A model generated the notes under the pieces. The model made no database searches and was not told the origin of the DNA. It saw nothing but the letters and a program-made list of their open reading frames with translations. A stretch of DNA of 64,000 bases from positions 62,001-126,000 of the IMG/VR virus record IMGVR_UViG_3300017528_000567; one strand, given 5' to 3'. This document shows positions 1 through 11,300 of the stretch, in pieces (the stretch's first letter is position 1; the number at the start of each line of letters is the position of its first letter). The position numbers were made by a program, and so were the translations under genes.

Positions 1-536
1 CCCCCCGGAACCGCGAGGTGATCGATGTTGAAACCAAACTGATCCGAGATGTCTAGGCCGCTGGCGCCCTGCCGCACCAGCAAGAACATCTCTGTCACCG
101 TAACATCACCACTAACGAACAGCTCAACCACGTCCGACATGGACTCCGGGACAGAGCCCTGGAAGTAGATGCGTATCAGGTTGAGAAAAAAGTCCCGGAA
201 CTCTCGGTCACTGAAACCGAGGTCGGGTATCTTGCTGTTGACCAACACCAGGTAGCCGATCACCGACCACAGAAAGTCCGAGCGGGTCCGGTTGAAATCG
301 AAGTCGAACGAGACATCCTCCAAGCCGAGCTCGAGCCGAGCCAACTCGACGGCGACCGCTTTCAGGGCCTGCGTATAGTTTGGCCCCTGCACGGCTGACA
401 CATAGTTCGACGGCAGCAGGTTGAGCAATGTTGTGAAGATCGTCTGGGATCGCTGCATCAAGCGCAGCGAGTATTCCTTGCCCTTCTGCTCGATGGTGCT
501 GTTTAGGCGACCTGGGTCGTAGACAAATCTAGCCAT
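1..536 (-). CDS. Baseplate wedge protein (P2 gpI / T4 gp7-like), partial; runs off the window edge
   Basis: Hand translation from ATG at 536, which overlaps the TGA of the upstream gene (TGATG): MARFVYDPGRLNSTIEQKGKEYSLRLMQRSQTIFTTLLNLLPSNY..., open to position 1. Lies directly downstream of the baseplate J-like gene. Not in the supplied ORF track. Confidence 0.7.
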   Translation of the reverse strand, partial: MARFVYDPGRLNSTIEQKGKEYSLRLMQRSQTIFTTLLNLLPSNYVSAVQGPNYTQALKAVAVELARLELGLEDVSFDFDFNRTRSDFLWSVIGYLVLVNSKIPDLGFSDREFRDFFLNLIRIYFQGSVPESMSDVVELFVSGDVTVTEMFLLVRQGASGLDISDQFGFNIDHLAVPG

Positions 537-3500
537 CAGCCCTCCGTAAATTCTCGGTAGGTGACGGTTAGGACGCCTAGGTCGATGACCTCCATCGCAG
601 ACACCGAAATATCGTGAGATCCCTTGTCACCACGGATGATGTAGCTCACCGCGTATGCGTGATTCGTGGGGCTGTCAGGCGGGACCCCCGACCCGAGCAA
701 GGACACCACCACGTGATTGGCAGTCAGCCGCAGTCGCTCCGCTTCGTATTGGTTGGGCAGAAACCCCTGGCCAGCCAAAGTTGCATCATCCGAATACCCA
801 GCGATGATGGCGCCACCTGCCCCAATGATAAATGCCTGCCTCGCAGCCGTGCAGACGGAGGTCAAGTCAAGGGACATGAGCATCACAATGTCGTCCTGGA
901 ACACGCCCTTGTGCTCCGTGTCGAGCCCCCCACCATCAGTCGTCGGAAACTCAAGCGGATTGGTCAGGATGTACCCGAGGTTCCCGCCATTATCCAACGA
1001 GTCAACACGCCTGTAGGTCGACAGCACGTCTTCCCGCAGCTTCTGGCTTCCATCCGCGTAGGCCATCTTTGCCATGGGCAGAACGTTGAACTGCACTCCG
1101 CTGCTATTATCGATGGCCGAATCCACATTGGACTGCGCCACTCCTTGCCCGATGAGCTTCTTGTTCAGGTCAAGCGAGACGTTGTTCCGCAGGATGGGAT
1201 CCGTCGAATCCTTCGACGCACCACGGGCAAGCTGGACGGTCGTTTCGATATCGATGTCATTCAGGATCGCCTGCTTTGCGAGCACGTCCGCGGTCACATG
1301 CCGCTTGTTGTCGAGGATGATCTGCAGCTGCTGCAGCAGATCGTTGATCACGTAGGTGACCGTGAAGTTCTCGTCATGGAAGTAGTCGACCGACACCTCC
1401 TGGCCGCTCGCAATAGCTGACGCCGCCGTGCGAACGATTTTAGCCGGAGTAGTCGGGGTCCCCGCGACAATGTCAAAGTCCGGCGCCGCCGTTCCCGGAG
1501 GCTGATACTCGAAGGTGCGCTGCTCATTGAACACCCGGATCGTGGTCGTATTGGCCCCGATCGAATCCAGCGGCTCTTGCTCAAAACCGATCAAGACGTG
1601 GAGCTCATCGTTCACCGTGATCGACTCGCCACTCGGAACGTTCCCCGACGGCGTAATGGCTACGTAGTTCTTGGCGATCGTGCTTTCACCATCAAGCAAC
1701 GGATCATCTGTCTTGTAGAGCTTGTAGTGGACACCTTCCGTCAAGGATCCGCTCACCTCACCGACAACCGACACTACGCGTCGCACGGGCTGCAACGTCA
1801 TGTAGAGCTTGTTCTGCGCTTGGAAACGATAGTCCGCGATGACGTTGTCATCCAAGGTCGTGATGGGCTGCGGCACAGCGTTGTCGATCTGAAATGTATT
1901 GTAAGTCAGAATGGTCACGCCATTGAGGTCGTAGTCAGCGCCCAGCGTGACATTGCGCACCCCCAAGCCCTGGGGCGCGTTGTTCAAGATCTCGATCAGC
2001 GGCGTAGTGGGGGTGACGCGCGAATCGAGCACGCGGAAGATAAGGTTGATAGGATCAAGGACCTCGCATTGCGTGTTGAGAGCCACGTCGAATGTGAACG
2101 CGAAGCGGTCCTGGACCTGGCGCTCCTGCAAGCCCTGAACCCAAACATCCACCTTGCCGCCAATGTGCTTGTTTCGCACATCGTCATAATCGCGCATCAT
2201 GAGCGGGTCGCCGCTCTTGATGATCTTGTTGCGGATAACTCCGACTTTGGCAGCGGCCGTAGCCGCGTAACCGGTCGCGGTGCCAGTATCGACAGACGCA
2301 AACCCGAGCATCGCGCGGGCGGCCAAATCTGCGTTGGTCTCCCGGTCGTCACCAAATACCGTTGCCCCCTCGTTCACCGCCTTGAGGCCGCTCACACCGG
2401 TGATCGATTGAATCGACTTCGCAGGGACGTTCCCCGCTTTACCGGCCTGCTCGGCCACGATCGGCACACGGATCTCGTAACGCTTCTCGTTGAAGTTGTA
2501 GTACGAGTCAGCATTGGCAGCGACCATCGTGAAGGAACCGCCGATGCGATACCGCTGCGAGTTGATCCCCGCGCTGGCATCTGCGCTGGAGACAGCAAAC
2601 GAGCCCGCGGGAACCTGAATGTTCTTGGTCGGGCGAGTAGCGGTATACAGCGTGAGGGTGCCAACTGACTGTCGACCCGGAAGCCTCGCCTTGTTGACGT
2701 TGCCGGCCAGCTTGTCGAACTGCTGGTCTATCAGATTCTGTACCGCCTGATCATTGACCAAGCCAAGCGCTGCCTTGAGCGCCTGCTTGTACGCACTGCT
2801 AATAACCGGGTCCGACTCGCCACTGCCACTAACGTTATCCAGTGCGAGCAAGGTCAGGAAGCTTTGACTCCGACTCACGAAGTCCACGAGAAACCAGATG
2901 CGCTCGGCTTCAGAGGCGAACGGGTCGATGTCGACATCCCGGGTTACCGACCCCGGGATCAGCGAGATCTCCGCGTTGACTCGAAGGACCGCGTTCATGT
3001 AATCGACCACGATCTGAAGCTGCGTCCGTCCAGGCAAGTCTCGGATGGTCGTGTCGACGATCAGCGGGGACCCGAGCACCTCTTGCGAGTAAGGCGTCTC
3101 GATTTCCCTGCTGGTGACCGAATCGAAGTAGACCCCTGTCGTCACGTAGTATAGCGGACTCGTGCTCGGGACATTCACGAACTGATCAGTGTTGATGATC
3201 CCCGTCCCGCCGCTTCGATTGTGGCTGAACACCACGAACTCATGCATCTCGTAGTTCTGGAATGTGCCCGTGAATCTGAACTCACCGGCTAGGTTCATGT
3301 TATCGTGGAATGAGTCCAATCGAACGGCGAGCTCGGTGCCAAACACATCCTCCTCGGAGATCCGCAGCCTGATTCGATTGGCGGAGCTCACATCCCAGAC
3401 CGCAAGATCATCGAATGCTCGGATGTTGTCTTGCTGAAACTCACTCGGGGCGTTGACCGGCTTCTCGTTGATCCGATAGTAGCCGTTCTCGCCGGCAGGC

Positions 3501-3970
3501 GTCGATGACGCATAGAAGTTGAAGCCGAGGAAGGTAGCCACCTCTGGGAACTCCACCGGCTTAGCCACCAGGATGTCCACTCGGTCCCGATGGCGAAGCA
3601 CGCGAATGCCAGTGGGGATCTGCGTCCCGGTCGTGTCGGTCGCCACAACTCTCGTAACGACAACCGAGGAAGTGGCAGATACCCCGCCCACTAGGTCAAT
3701 GGCACGGAGCAAGACCGTGTTTACTCCGAACTCGAGAGGCAGCCCGGTCGGGTAAACAGTAAGATTCGGAACCGTGAAGGTGAGGAGCACGAAGCTGACC
3801 AGGTTCGGATCGGCGACGAACTGGCCGCCATTCACAGAGACCTGGATCGCGACCGTATCGATGGCCACAATGCCTTCGACGACAATCGCCTCCTCGTTAG
3901 TCGAGAACACTAGGTTTGTAGTAAACCCACCACTGCCGTCTCTCAGCGCGATTTGCGGGGCACTCGCCAT
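536..3970 (-). CDS. Baseplate J-like wedge protein (T4 gp6 / P2 gpJ family), enlarged to 1144 aa
   Basis: Central gpJ-like segment (AEQAGKAGNVPAKSI...GDDRETNADLAARA...GGKVDVWV) and C-terminal KKLIGQGVAQS; position in the baseplate cluster. Extra beta-rich N- and C-terminal domains. Confidence 0.85.
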   Translation of the reverse strand: MASAPQIALRDGSGGFTTNLVFSTNEEAIVVEGIVAIDTVAIQVSVNGGQFVADPNLVSFVLLTFTVPNLTVYPTGLPLEFGVNTVLLRAIDLVGGVSATSSVVVTRVVATDTTGTQIPTGIRVLRHRDRVDILVAKPVEFPEVATFLGFNFYASSTPAGENGYYRINEKPVNAPSEFQQDNIRAFDDLAVWDVSSANRIRLRISEEDVFGTELAVRLDSFHDNMNLAGEFRFTGTFQNYEMHEFVVFSHNRSGGTGIINTDQFVNVPSTSPLYYVTTGVYFDSVTSREIETPYSQEVLGSPLIVDTTIRDLPGRTQLQIVVDYMNAVLRVNAEISLIPGSVTRDVDIDPFASEAERIWFLVDFVSRSQSFLTLLALDNVSGSGESDPVISSAYKQALKAALGLVNDQAVQNLIDQQFDKLAGNVNKARLPGRQSVGTLTLYTATRPTKNIQVPAGSFAVSSADASAGINSQRYRIGGSFTMVAANADSYYNFNEKRYEIRVPIVAEQAGKAGNVPAKSIQSITGVSGLKAVNEGATVFGDDRETNADLAARAMLGFASVDTGTATGYAATAAAKVGVIRNKIIKSGDPLMMRDYDDVRNKHIGGKVDVWVQGLQERQVQDRFAFTFDVALNTQCEVLDPINLIFRVLDSRVTPTTPLIEILNNAPQGLGVRNVTLGADYDLNGVTILTYNTFQIDNAVPQPITTLDDNVIADYRFQAQNKLYMTLQPVRRVVSVVGEVSGSLTEGVHYKLYKTDDPLLDGESTIAKNYVAITPSGNVPSGESITVNDELHVLIGFEQEPLDSIGANTTTIRVFNEQRTFEYQPPGTAAPDFDIVAGTPTTPAKIVRTAASAIASGQEVSVDYFHDENFTVTYVINDLLQQLQIILDNKRHVTADVLAKQAILNDIDIETTVQLARGASKDSTDPILRNNVSLDLNKKLIGQGVAQSNVDSAIDNSSGVQFNVLPMAKMAYADGSQKLREDVLSTYRRVDSLDNGGNLGYILTNPLEFPTTDGGGLDTEHKGVFQDDIVMLMSLDLTSVCTAARQAFIIGAGGAIIAGYSDDATLAGQGFLPNQYEAERLRLTANHVVVSLLGSGVPPDSPTNHAYAVSYIIRGDKGSHDISVSAMEVIDLGVLTVTYREFTEG

Positions 3971-4021
3971 CAGCCGACCTTTCCTTTCCCCGTGGCATTC
4001 GAAAGTCTACGCATATTGGAT

Positions 4022-5137
4022 TTAGCCACTGAGGGCGAACCCCGAAAGAGACTGTCGAATCCGCCCCGGATCGGACGCTTGAGGTAGCCTCAAGCCTCGC
4101 GTAAGTTGTATGGGGTCTGATGACCGGTTCTGAACCACGCAGTTGACAAAGATCACGGTAGGATCCTGAGTGCTCTGCTCCAGGTTCACTGACAACAAGC
4201 GCAGCGGATACTCTCTATCCGTGACCTCCTGTTGGATCTTCTCCTCTTGCTGCGTCTTGATCTTCTGCCAGCGAGAGAACGCCTGTTGAATATCGGCGGC
4301 GATGAAATTCTGAGTGAAGCCGTCGGAGGCCAGCTTCTTGCCGATCGCATCGAGCAACCCTGTGCCGTACCAGGTGTGAAACTGGTTGCTACCCCGGATC
4401 GTATAGAAATCCTTTTGGAGTTCCTGAATGAGCAGTCCCTCGTCTCGGATCTCGATCAAGTTGCCGTTAATGTCGTAGCGCCAGTCGTGCTCGTAGCCCG
4501 TCCCCCCGCAACGGCGACATTCAGAGAGCACCGTCGAGTAAGAGATCTCCACGAAGTTTGAAGCGCTGCGTAGCGGCTCGTCGAACACGATCAGGCGCGT
4601 CGGGCGGTCTGGCAGCGAGCTCGGGTCTCCGACTAACGTCCAACCGGGCACGCTAGTCTGTCCACGGTACTCATGATTAACAGTGAACCCGAAGAGCGTC
4701 GCCGCGGTGCTGTCCGCGTAGAGAAAAATGCTCACGTCCGGCCCCGTGTCACGCGAAGCGAATGAGAGCCGGTCGTTGCTCTCCGTGAATACCACGCCGG
4801 TGAACCGCTGATTGAGCAAAGCCACCATCTGTGGGGCGCCCATCTTGTTCACGTTTGGAAGGACCACTGTCTGTGGCGCCTCCTGGTTGACGCTCAGGCG
4901 GAAAACATTGGTGGTCGACGTGACGGTAAACGGTCCGCGCCGCGTCCCCGAAGCCTTGCCCGGCAGATACACCCCGGGCGACGGGGCCTGTATGGTGTGA
5001 TTGAGCAACACCCTGACTGAGGCCACCGCTGAGATCGGACGGAGCGGACGAACCGTCATGCGATCTGACGCCAAGTACAAAGCCTCTTCCGAGACCTCAT
5101 GTGGACATTGTTGGTCTATATGACGGTCTGCCGACAT
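4022..5137 (-). CDS. Baseplate wedge / sheath initiator with C-terminal gp25-like domain
   Basis: C-terminal LIQELQKDFYTIRGSNQFHTWYGTGL...VIFVNCVVQNRS resembles the gp25/gpW fold; CRRCGGTG Zn motif; adjacent to the gpJ-like gene. Confidence 0.7.
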   Translation of the reverse strand: MSADRHIDQQCPHEVSEEALYLASDRMTVRPLRPISAVASVRVLLNHTIQAPSPGVYLPGKASGTRRGPFTVTSTTNVFRLSVNQEAPQTVVLPNVNKMGAPQMVALLNQRFTGVVFTESNDRLSFASRDTGPDVSIFLYADSTAATLFGFTVNHEYRGQTSVPGWTLVGDPSSLPDRPTRLIVFDEPLRSASNFVEISYSTVLSECRRCGGTGYEHDWRYDINGNLIEIRDEGLLIQELQKDFYTIRGSNQFHTWYGTGLLDAIGKKLASDGFTQNFIAADIQQAFSRWQKIKTQQEEKIQQEVTDREYPLRLLSVNLEQSTQDPTVIFVNCVVQNRSSDPIQLTRGLRLPQASDPGRIRQSLSGFALSG

Positions 5138-5154
5138 CTAAATCTTTCTCTGCT

Positions 5155-5889
5155 TCACTGAGTAGGTTTCACAAGACCATCAAGAGTCCTCTGGTATGCG
5201 ACCGCGGTAGCCCCCTTCGGCCCCGGCATAAAGGCCGCGACAGGAGCCTTCGCAAACTTGCCGTGGGGATCCGGACTGGCCGTGTCGTCGGTGATGGCCA
5301 TGTAATTTCGGTTTACGGCCAACGAATCGATGATGGCCATGTAGTAAGCCAGCGACCCCTCTTGCTCCGGGGCGCCCTTGAGCAGCTGGAGCTCGTTGAT
5401 CTCCGTCCCGAGCTGCTCGGAATAGTCGAGCGCGTGGCGGATCTTCCTCTCCAGGTAGTCGCGACGCCGCGCCAAGTCCGCAGAGACCCATCCCCGGAGA
5501 GCCTGGACAGTAACGGCCGACTCGGCATCGCCCAAGCCGTGGTCCCGAATGGCTTCCCCGTTGCTCAGGAGTTGCGCAGCGCGGCTCGCATCTCCAGCTA
5601 TTCGAAAAACTGGCTGCGAACCGGACCGGAACTGCAGGTCAAACTGAGCATTGCCCCCCAGAGCCTCGTAGGCGCCAAAAAGCTTCCCGACATAGGTTGT
5701 CGGTGGGTCGTTGTCGACCTGGAGCGGCAGACCGGCAGCATCAAAAGCAAATGCCAGGTCGCCAATCCGCGCCCGCTCTGCTTTCAGATGCTTTATGCGG
5801 GCATCGATGAGGTGAAACTGCTCCGAGACATAGGACCGGAAACTTTCAAATTGACTCCGGGTGAATGTCCCGCCCCACTCAAACGCCAT
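5155..5889 (-). CDS. Hypothetical protein, probably virion/baseplate (244 aa, helical)
   Basis: ATG with GGAGG RBS; co-oriented in the baseplate cluster; no family recognised. Confidence 0.75.
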   Translation of the reverse strand: MAFEWGGTFTRSQFESFRSYVSEQFHLIDARIKHLKAERARIGDLAFAFDAAGLPLQVDNDPPTTYVGKLFGAYEALGGNAQFDLQFRSGSQPVFRIAGDASRAAQLLSNGEAIRDHGLGDAESAVTVQALRGWVSADLARRRDYLERKIRHALDYSEQLGTEINELQLLKGAPEQEGSLAYYMAIIDSLAVNRNYMAITDDTASPDPHGKFAKAPVAAFMPGPKGATAVAYQRTLDGLVKPTQ

Positions 5890-5961
5890 AATGCCTCCAC
5901 CTTGCCCTTCACATCTAGACCCGCGGGCCTATAGGAGGCGGAGCATCGAACGATTAGGATC

Positions 5962-8148
5962 TTAGAAGATCAGATCTAGCGCCGTGACGTACGGCGTAAC
6001 GTCCGCTGCCACATACGCCATAGCAGCGCCTGCCGTGTAGCCCGTCGGCCCGCTCGGCGGCGGCGTGCCGCCAGCGTTGTCAATCAACGATATCCACTCA
6101 CCCACCCCACCGTCCGTGACTGGCACGTTGAGAATGTAGAAGCCAAGATTCAGACTTTCGACGAAGTCCAGGATCCCAGTCAGGTGCTTCAGGAACCTTT
6201 CGAGCGTGTCGATCTTTGCCACAATCAGGTCAATGAACGCGCGGAGCTCGGCCATCACCCCGGAGTAGGCGTCCGTCAAGGCCTGCATCTTGGCCAAGAG
6301 CTCGTAGATTATCTGGCCGGACCACGGCGCGATATCTCGCAGCAGGCTCAGCTGAACCCAATCCGGAGGGGCTCCGACGAGCGTGAAAGCCTTGCAGTGG
6401 TCCACCGCAACCACTACGTTCAAGCGAACCGTGGCATCCTCAAACACCTTGCTGTAGAGGACCCCAGCCGCCACAATATCTTGCCCAGCAGCTTGCGGGT
6501 CCTGCACCTTCGTGATCTCGAAAACCAGCTCGGCGAGGTTAGTAGCGTTGAGGCGGTCAATGTCAGGCTGACCCCTGGGAAAGGTGCCCTCCATGAGTGC
6601 CTTGAAGGACAAAGCCGCGTTGGCCTGGAGCATCGCGCTCCCCACAATATTCGCGAGCCTGGCCGCGTTCCGAACCACCCGAGAGTCATTCCAGGGGAAC
6701 TCGGGCACCAGACCCGTAGCCGGGCTCGGCTGAAACGCCGTTGTGACGGAGAGGGGGCTGCCGGCGTACTGGCCAACCAAGGGGATGGCCTCGAACGCAG
6801 TCAGTGGCCCCGCCAGATTCTGGAGCGAGCCCTTCCCGATCGAGGTGTCAGGCGTCGGGGGGACGGCCTCGCCGTTGTCATCAATCTCCTGCCCCGCCGG
6901 CAGCGGCATATGGAAGTTGAATGAAAATGCGGTCTGAAACAACCGCTTCAACGTTTCAATGACGTCGAACTTCTCCGGATAGGTCGGGATCATGATCGGT
7001 GCAATAGGGGATGCTCGGCCCATCACCGGCTTATCGTTCTCATCCTCAGCGGGCCACTCAAGGTATGGATTCCCATCAATCGCATTGAGCTTAGGCGGGT
7101 CAAACGTAAGAATCTGGGGTTCGCGCTGCACAGCCAAAGACCCACTGAACGCCCTGACCCGATAGTAGTATGTCTTGTTCGGTACGACGTCCGAATCAAT
7201 GTAGCGAAACGTTCCAAGCTGCCCGATCAGAAATGTTGAGGTTTCCTCAGCGGCATCAATCACGATGTAGTACTGGAACTTAAGGAACGGGTTGCCGTAC
7301 TGGTCCATGAGCCGGATGCGGCGTATGAGGTACTCCCCTGAACCGCGGGCGCGAAACTGTGTCACTTGGCTCATCATGACCGGGCCAGCGGCACTCCGGT
7401 CATTCAAATCCGCAATCGAGACCTCACCGACCGCGGGGTTGGTCACACTTTTCTCGATGAGGAACTTTGGCGGCACAAAGTTTACCGAGGCCCCCTCAAT
7501 GAGGTCCGAGAAACCGGGGTCCCCAGGCGTGCTGACCGGGGGCAACGACCACTCAACCGCAATTTGCGTCGGCTGCTGTTGGTAGACCTTGGTGATTGAC
7601 AGGATGCGGTCACCGTTGGCCCCGACCGGCAACACCTTGAAGTTGGCCGGCGCTTGGTATTCAGGAGTCACGAACTCCTTGCCAAAGAATTTCGCCAGCA
7701 CCTCGCAATACCGCATGAGGGACAACGGGTCCCCGGTATCCGCGACGATGAGCACGAACCCGCCCTTGGTCGTGCCAGCGACAGGCTGCGGGCGATTCGG
7801 ATCTCGCGCGTCGTAGAGCCCGGCCTTGAATCGGCTTATAAACGAGCGGTAACCGCCGCTGGCGTGCTTGAAGTTGGGGTCGGTCTGCGGATTGGGGAAG
7901 TCGAACCACCCGTACATCCCGGTCCGCTTCATGGTCTCAAACAGGTCTAACACAAGCTTCAAGACGGCCTCGACCAGCGCCTTGATTGGGTTGCCGAAGT
8001 CTACAAGAAATACTTTGACAGATTCGAGTATGGCCTTCACCACCTCCAGATAGACCACGAGCGCTTCCATCGCCGCTCTGGCCCCCTCCAAGAGGTCCTT
8101 GCCCGGGATCTCAATCGCCAACGACTCCCAATTTGGATTTGCAGCCAC
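5962..8148 (-). CDS. Putative baseplate-associated protein with Fn3-like segment (728 aa)
   Basis: Long ORF with GTG start; Fn3-like YIDSDVVPNKTYYYRVRAF; amphipathic helices at both ends. Confidence 0.75.
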   Translation of the reverse strand: MAANPNWESLAIEIPGKDLLEGARAAMEALVVYLEVVKAILESVKVFLVDFGNPIKALVEAVLKLVLDLFETMKRTGMYGWFDFPNPQTDPNFKHASGGYRSFISRFKAGLYDARDPNRPQPVAGTTKGGFVLIVADTGDPLSLMRYCEVLAKFFGKEFVTPEYQAPANFKVLPVGANGDRILSITKVYQQQPTQIAVEWSLPPVSTPGDPGFSDLIEGASVNFVPPKFLIEKSVTNPAVGEVSIADLNDRSAAGPVMMSQVTQFRARGSGEYLIRRIRLMDQYGNPFLKFQYYIVIDAAEETSTFLIGQLGTFRYIDSDVVPNKTYYYRVRAFSGSLAVQREPQILTFDPPKLNAIDGNPYLEWPAEDENDKPVMGRASPIAPIMIPTYPEKFDVIETLKRLFQTAFSFNFHMPLPAGQEIDDNGEAVPPTPDTSIGKGSLQNLAGPLTAFEAIPLVGQYAGSPLSVTTAFQPSPATGLVPEFPWNDSRVVRNAARLANIVGSAMLQANAALSFKALMEGTFPRGQPDIDRLNATNLAELVFEITKVQDPQAAGQDIVAAGVLYSKVFEDATVRLNVVVAVDHCKAFTLVGAPPDWVQLSLLRDIAPWSGQIIYELLAKMQALTDAYSGVMAELRAFIDLIVAKIDTLERFLKHLTGILDFVESLNLGFYILNVPVTDGGVGEWISLIDNAGGTPPPSGPTGYTAGAAMAYVAADVTPYVTALDLIF

Positions 8149-8155
8149 CCTTTAC

Positions 8156-8338
8156 CTATCCTTGCCCACCGTATTGGAGCTTCTCAAGCTTGCGCATCAG
8201 CCCCTTGATCTCGAGCTCAGTCGCCTTGATCCCCAGCAGGCAGATTTCTTTCACCCGCTCGTTGATAGCGAACTGACGCTTCTGCCACTTGGGCGGCTCC
8301 ACGTCGGGCGGCTCTTTCTTCCCTTGTTCATCACTCAT
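8156..8338 (-). CDS. Small hypothetical protein (60 aa, MSDEQGKKEPP...)
   Basis: ATG at 8338 overlaps the TGA of the 2029-aa gene (ATGA) and fills the gap exactly. Start revised from the track's 8467. Confidence 0.65.
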   Translation of the reverse strand: MSDEQGKKEPPDVEPPKWQKRQFAINERVKEICLLGIKATELEIKGLMRKLEKLQYGGQG

Positions 8339-11300
8339 GTGCCCTCCACTGCCAGTAGCTTGGTCAACTGCTTCAGTATCTCTGCTTGCGCCTTGATCCG
8401 GTTTTTGATCGCCGTGTCTTGCCGGACCAATAGCCCGTCTTCGAGATTGATCCGAGCGTCGACCCACACGTATCGCTTGTCGTAGAGCTGATCGACGTTG
8501 ACCAGAATGTCCTCGATCGCTGTTACGGCGGCGGGGATCTCAGCGAGCCGAGAGTTGACCCGAATCAACCGGGCGCTCAGAGTGGCATCTCGAAGGCTAG
8601 TCGCGTAAGAGTTGGTCGTATCCCCCGCTATCGCGATAGTCGCGACCAGCGTGTTGTAGAACGTTTGGGCCTCCGTGCGTCGGACCTCTATAGCCTTGTA
8701 CAGCGTGTAGATAGTCCGCGCCGACTCACCCGAGATCCCGAACGTAGAGACCAATCGATAAGTCACAGGCCCAGGCGAGGTGAACGGCTCCACAGTCTCC
8801 AGGTGGGTTTCATCCAGCACTTTCTTGATCTGGTAGACCTGCGCGTTGGCCCCGGACTCGATGTAGATCACGTGCTGAGTGGTGACCTTGGAGTGCTCGA
8901 AGGTAGCCGCGCCATCAGTCAACGTGTTCACCGCGACCGTGGCGGCGCGGGGGGATGGAAGCAGAAAATCAGTGAAGGCCATATCGAGGACCTCCAACAG
9001 AGCCGCCTTCTCGTTGACGTACAACGGAATTTCCGCGGCCACGGCGTCCGTCAACGTGGTCTTCATGTCCGTGAGATAGGGAGGTGTGTAGTAGTTTCCG
9101 TATGACGACAAAGAGGCGACCACGCGGTAGCTGGAAGCAGCCGCTGGAGCGACAATGACCGATGTGACCGGTTTATCCAGCTCTAACAGCTGACTATTGA
9201 GTATCGTCTTGACCTGTCTACGCAACCCCTGATTGAGACCCGAAGTAATCACGACAGTCTCGCCCACTTGGACGTTGGCTGTGAAATTCGCGGTGAGGTC
9301 AGAGAGGCGCGTGGTGGTCGGGAAATACCCCTGATTACTGGGGCCAGACTTCGCGGTAGCCGTGGCTATCTCAATGTTGACGAAGCCGACCTGGTACAGC
9401 CACGGGTTGACGCCGGAGATGTTGAGTCCCGTCCCGTCAACCGATATGATGCGCCGAAAAAGTCGAGCTTCGGGGTCGAGAGAATTCGCACCCGAGGTGA
9501 TTCGTACTATATCGAAGACCTGGATCGACGGCACGATTGCGCTAGTGGTGAACTCGATCCTTGTGCTGGAGTGAGAGCCGGCGAAGGTCTCGATCATGGT
9601 CACAAGGACCGGCGGTGAGATGCCATTGGATTCTGTCGTGAGGGACAGTATCCCGTTGATCATCGCGACCTCTGTATCGAGGTACCCCTTGAGCTCGCTG
9701 TTCTGGTCCGGGGTCTGAATCGGAAAGCTCAAATCACCGTCATCATCCTCGATGCCGCCATAGAGAGCAGGGATCCTAGCGGGCGCCGTTTCCTGGTTGG
9801 GGAACGAGACCAGCCCAGAGACCGCCTCACCGGACAGAAGCGGGCTGTTCCCAGCGGCTGAAGCCACATAGGTGATCTGACCCGTCTCGCCCGTGAAGGA
9901 ATAGTCCCTGTTGAGCACGTGGTTGACCAGCTTGTTGACGCCAGTCTGCGAGGTGTCTGCCGGGGATCGGTAGACAGTGCACCCCTTGATGACCGTCACC
10001 GTCAACGGCGTCGTGAAGGTCAACGAAGTGGCGGTAACGCCGCTCCCGGCGATCGTAAGCGGTGCCCCAACGAGCGTCCCATTCGGTTGTTGGATTAGGC
10101 ACAGCATGCCCGGGAGAAACTGAGGGTGCACGTAATCCGCGGACCCATTGGCGTTGTCGACCGCCAGGGTCGTTTCACCGGCGAACGCTTTCTTGGTCAC
10201 CACAGCCCACGCCAGCCGAGTGTGAAGGCCAGAAACGGTCGTGATGTTCTCAGCGCCCGTATCGAGGACCTCGGTTCCTGGGGCTAGCGTAACCAGAGGA
10301 TCGATGGCCGGCACCCCGAAGAAGTTCCGCTGCGTCGGGAAGAATCGGCTCAGATCGCCAGGCGTGTAGTACTTGCGAAAGGTGCCGATCGAAGTCACGG
10401 CAAACGGCGGATATGTCACCTCATATGGCGCGGGCGACACCTTGATCGCATCGTCGATCTGGTTCGTCACTGGCTCCGAAGGCGTCACAACGTGACCCGT
10501 CGTTCCGTCGAACAAAAACGAGCCGTCGTTGTTTCCTACGACAGAGCCATCGAGCCCTGTCTTGTACGCCTCCAGCAGCGTCACCATGTCGTTGTAAAAG
10601 AGCAGCGTGCCCCGGGCGATGACGTCCTGATTGAAGAGATGCCGTTCATCGAAGTACAGCGACTTGCGGCCTTGCTCCCACAGCTTCGGCTGAGACGAGT
10701 TGGACGTTTGCGGTCCCGAGCTCCCACTACTCGCCTGTGTGGCAATCTCGAGCGCGAACTCCGCGCGAAACTGCGTCATGGTCTCGACGCGGTAGTAAAA
10801 CGTATCGGGCGAGCTCAAGGAGTAGTCAGCCAGCAGGATCTGACCAAGCAAGCCGTTGGTCGCTGAGGGCGCGATTTGACACGTGTACGAGGCTTTCAGG
10901 TGTTGCGGCGGGTTGCCGCTCCCGGGGTCCACCGTAGTCAGGCCCGTGTAGATGATCCCGAACTCTTCACCAAGCCCGAGGGGTTCAGCGAAGACGATAT
11001 GACCCGACCCGTTGATTGTGTAGTCCACGGGAGAGTCGAGGACCTGACCGGGCTCTCCCGAGACGCGGCGATACACCACGTAAGGCTCAGTCAGCTTCGG
11101 CACGCGGCTCGTCTGCAGCTCGGTAACTAGCGCCTCGAACACCGGGCGCACGGAACGCAGCAGCAACTGAGGTCCGTAAACATACTGCCGGATCGTGTTG
11201 GCAGACAGCATGACCACGGTGCGGCCCGTGTTGGCCTCGTAGGCAGAGCCGGTCACCTGGAGGAAATCAGTGAAGGTCGCAGCATCATTCGTGAACAGCA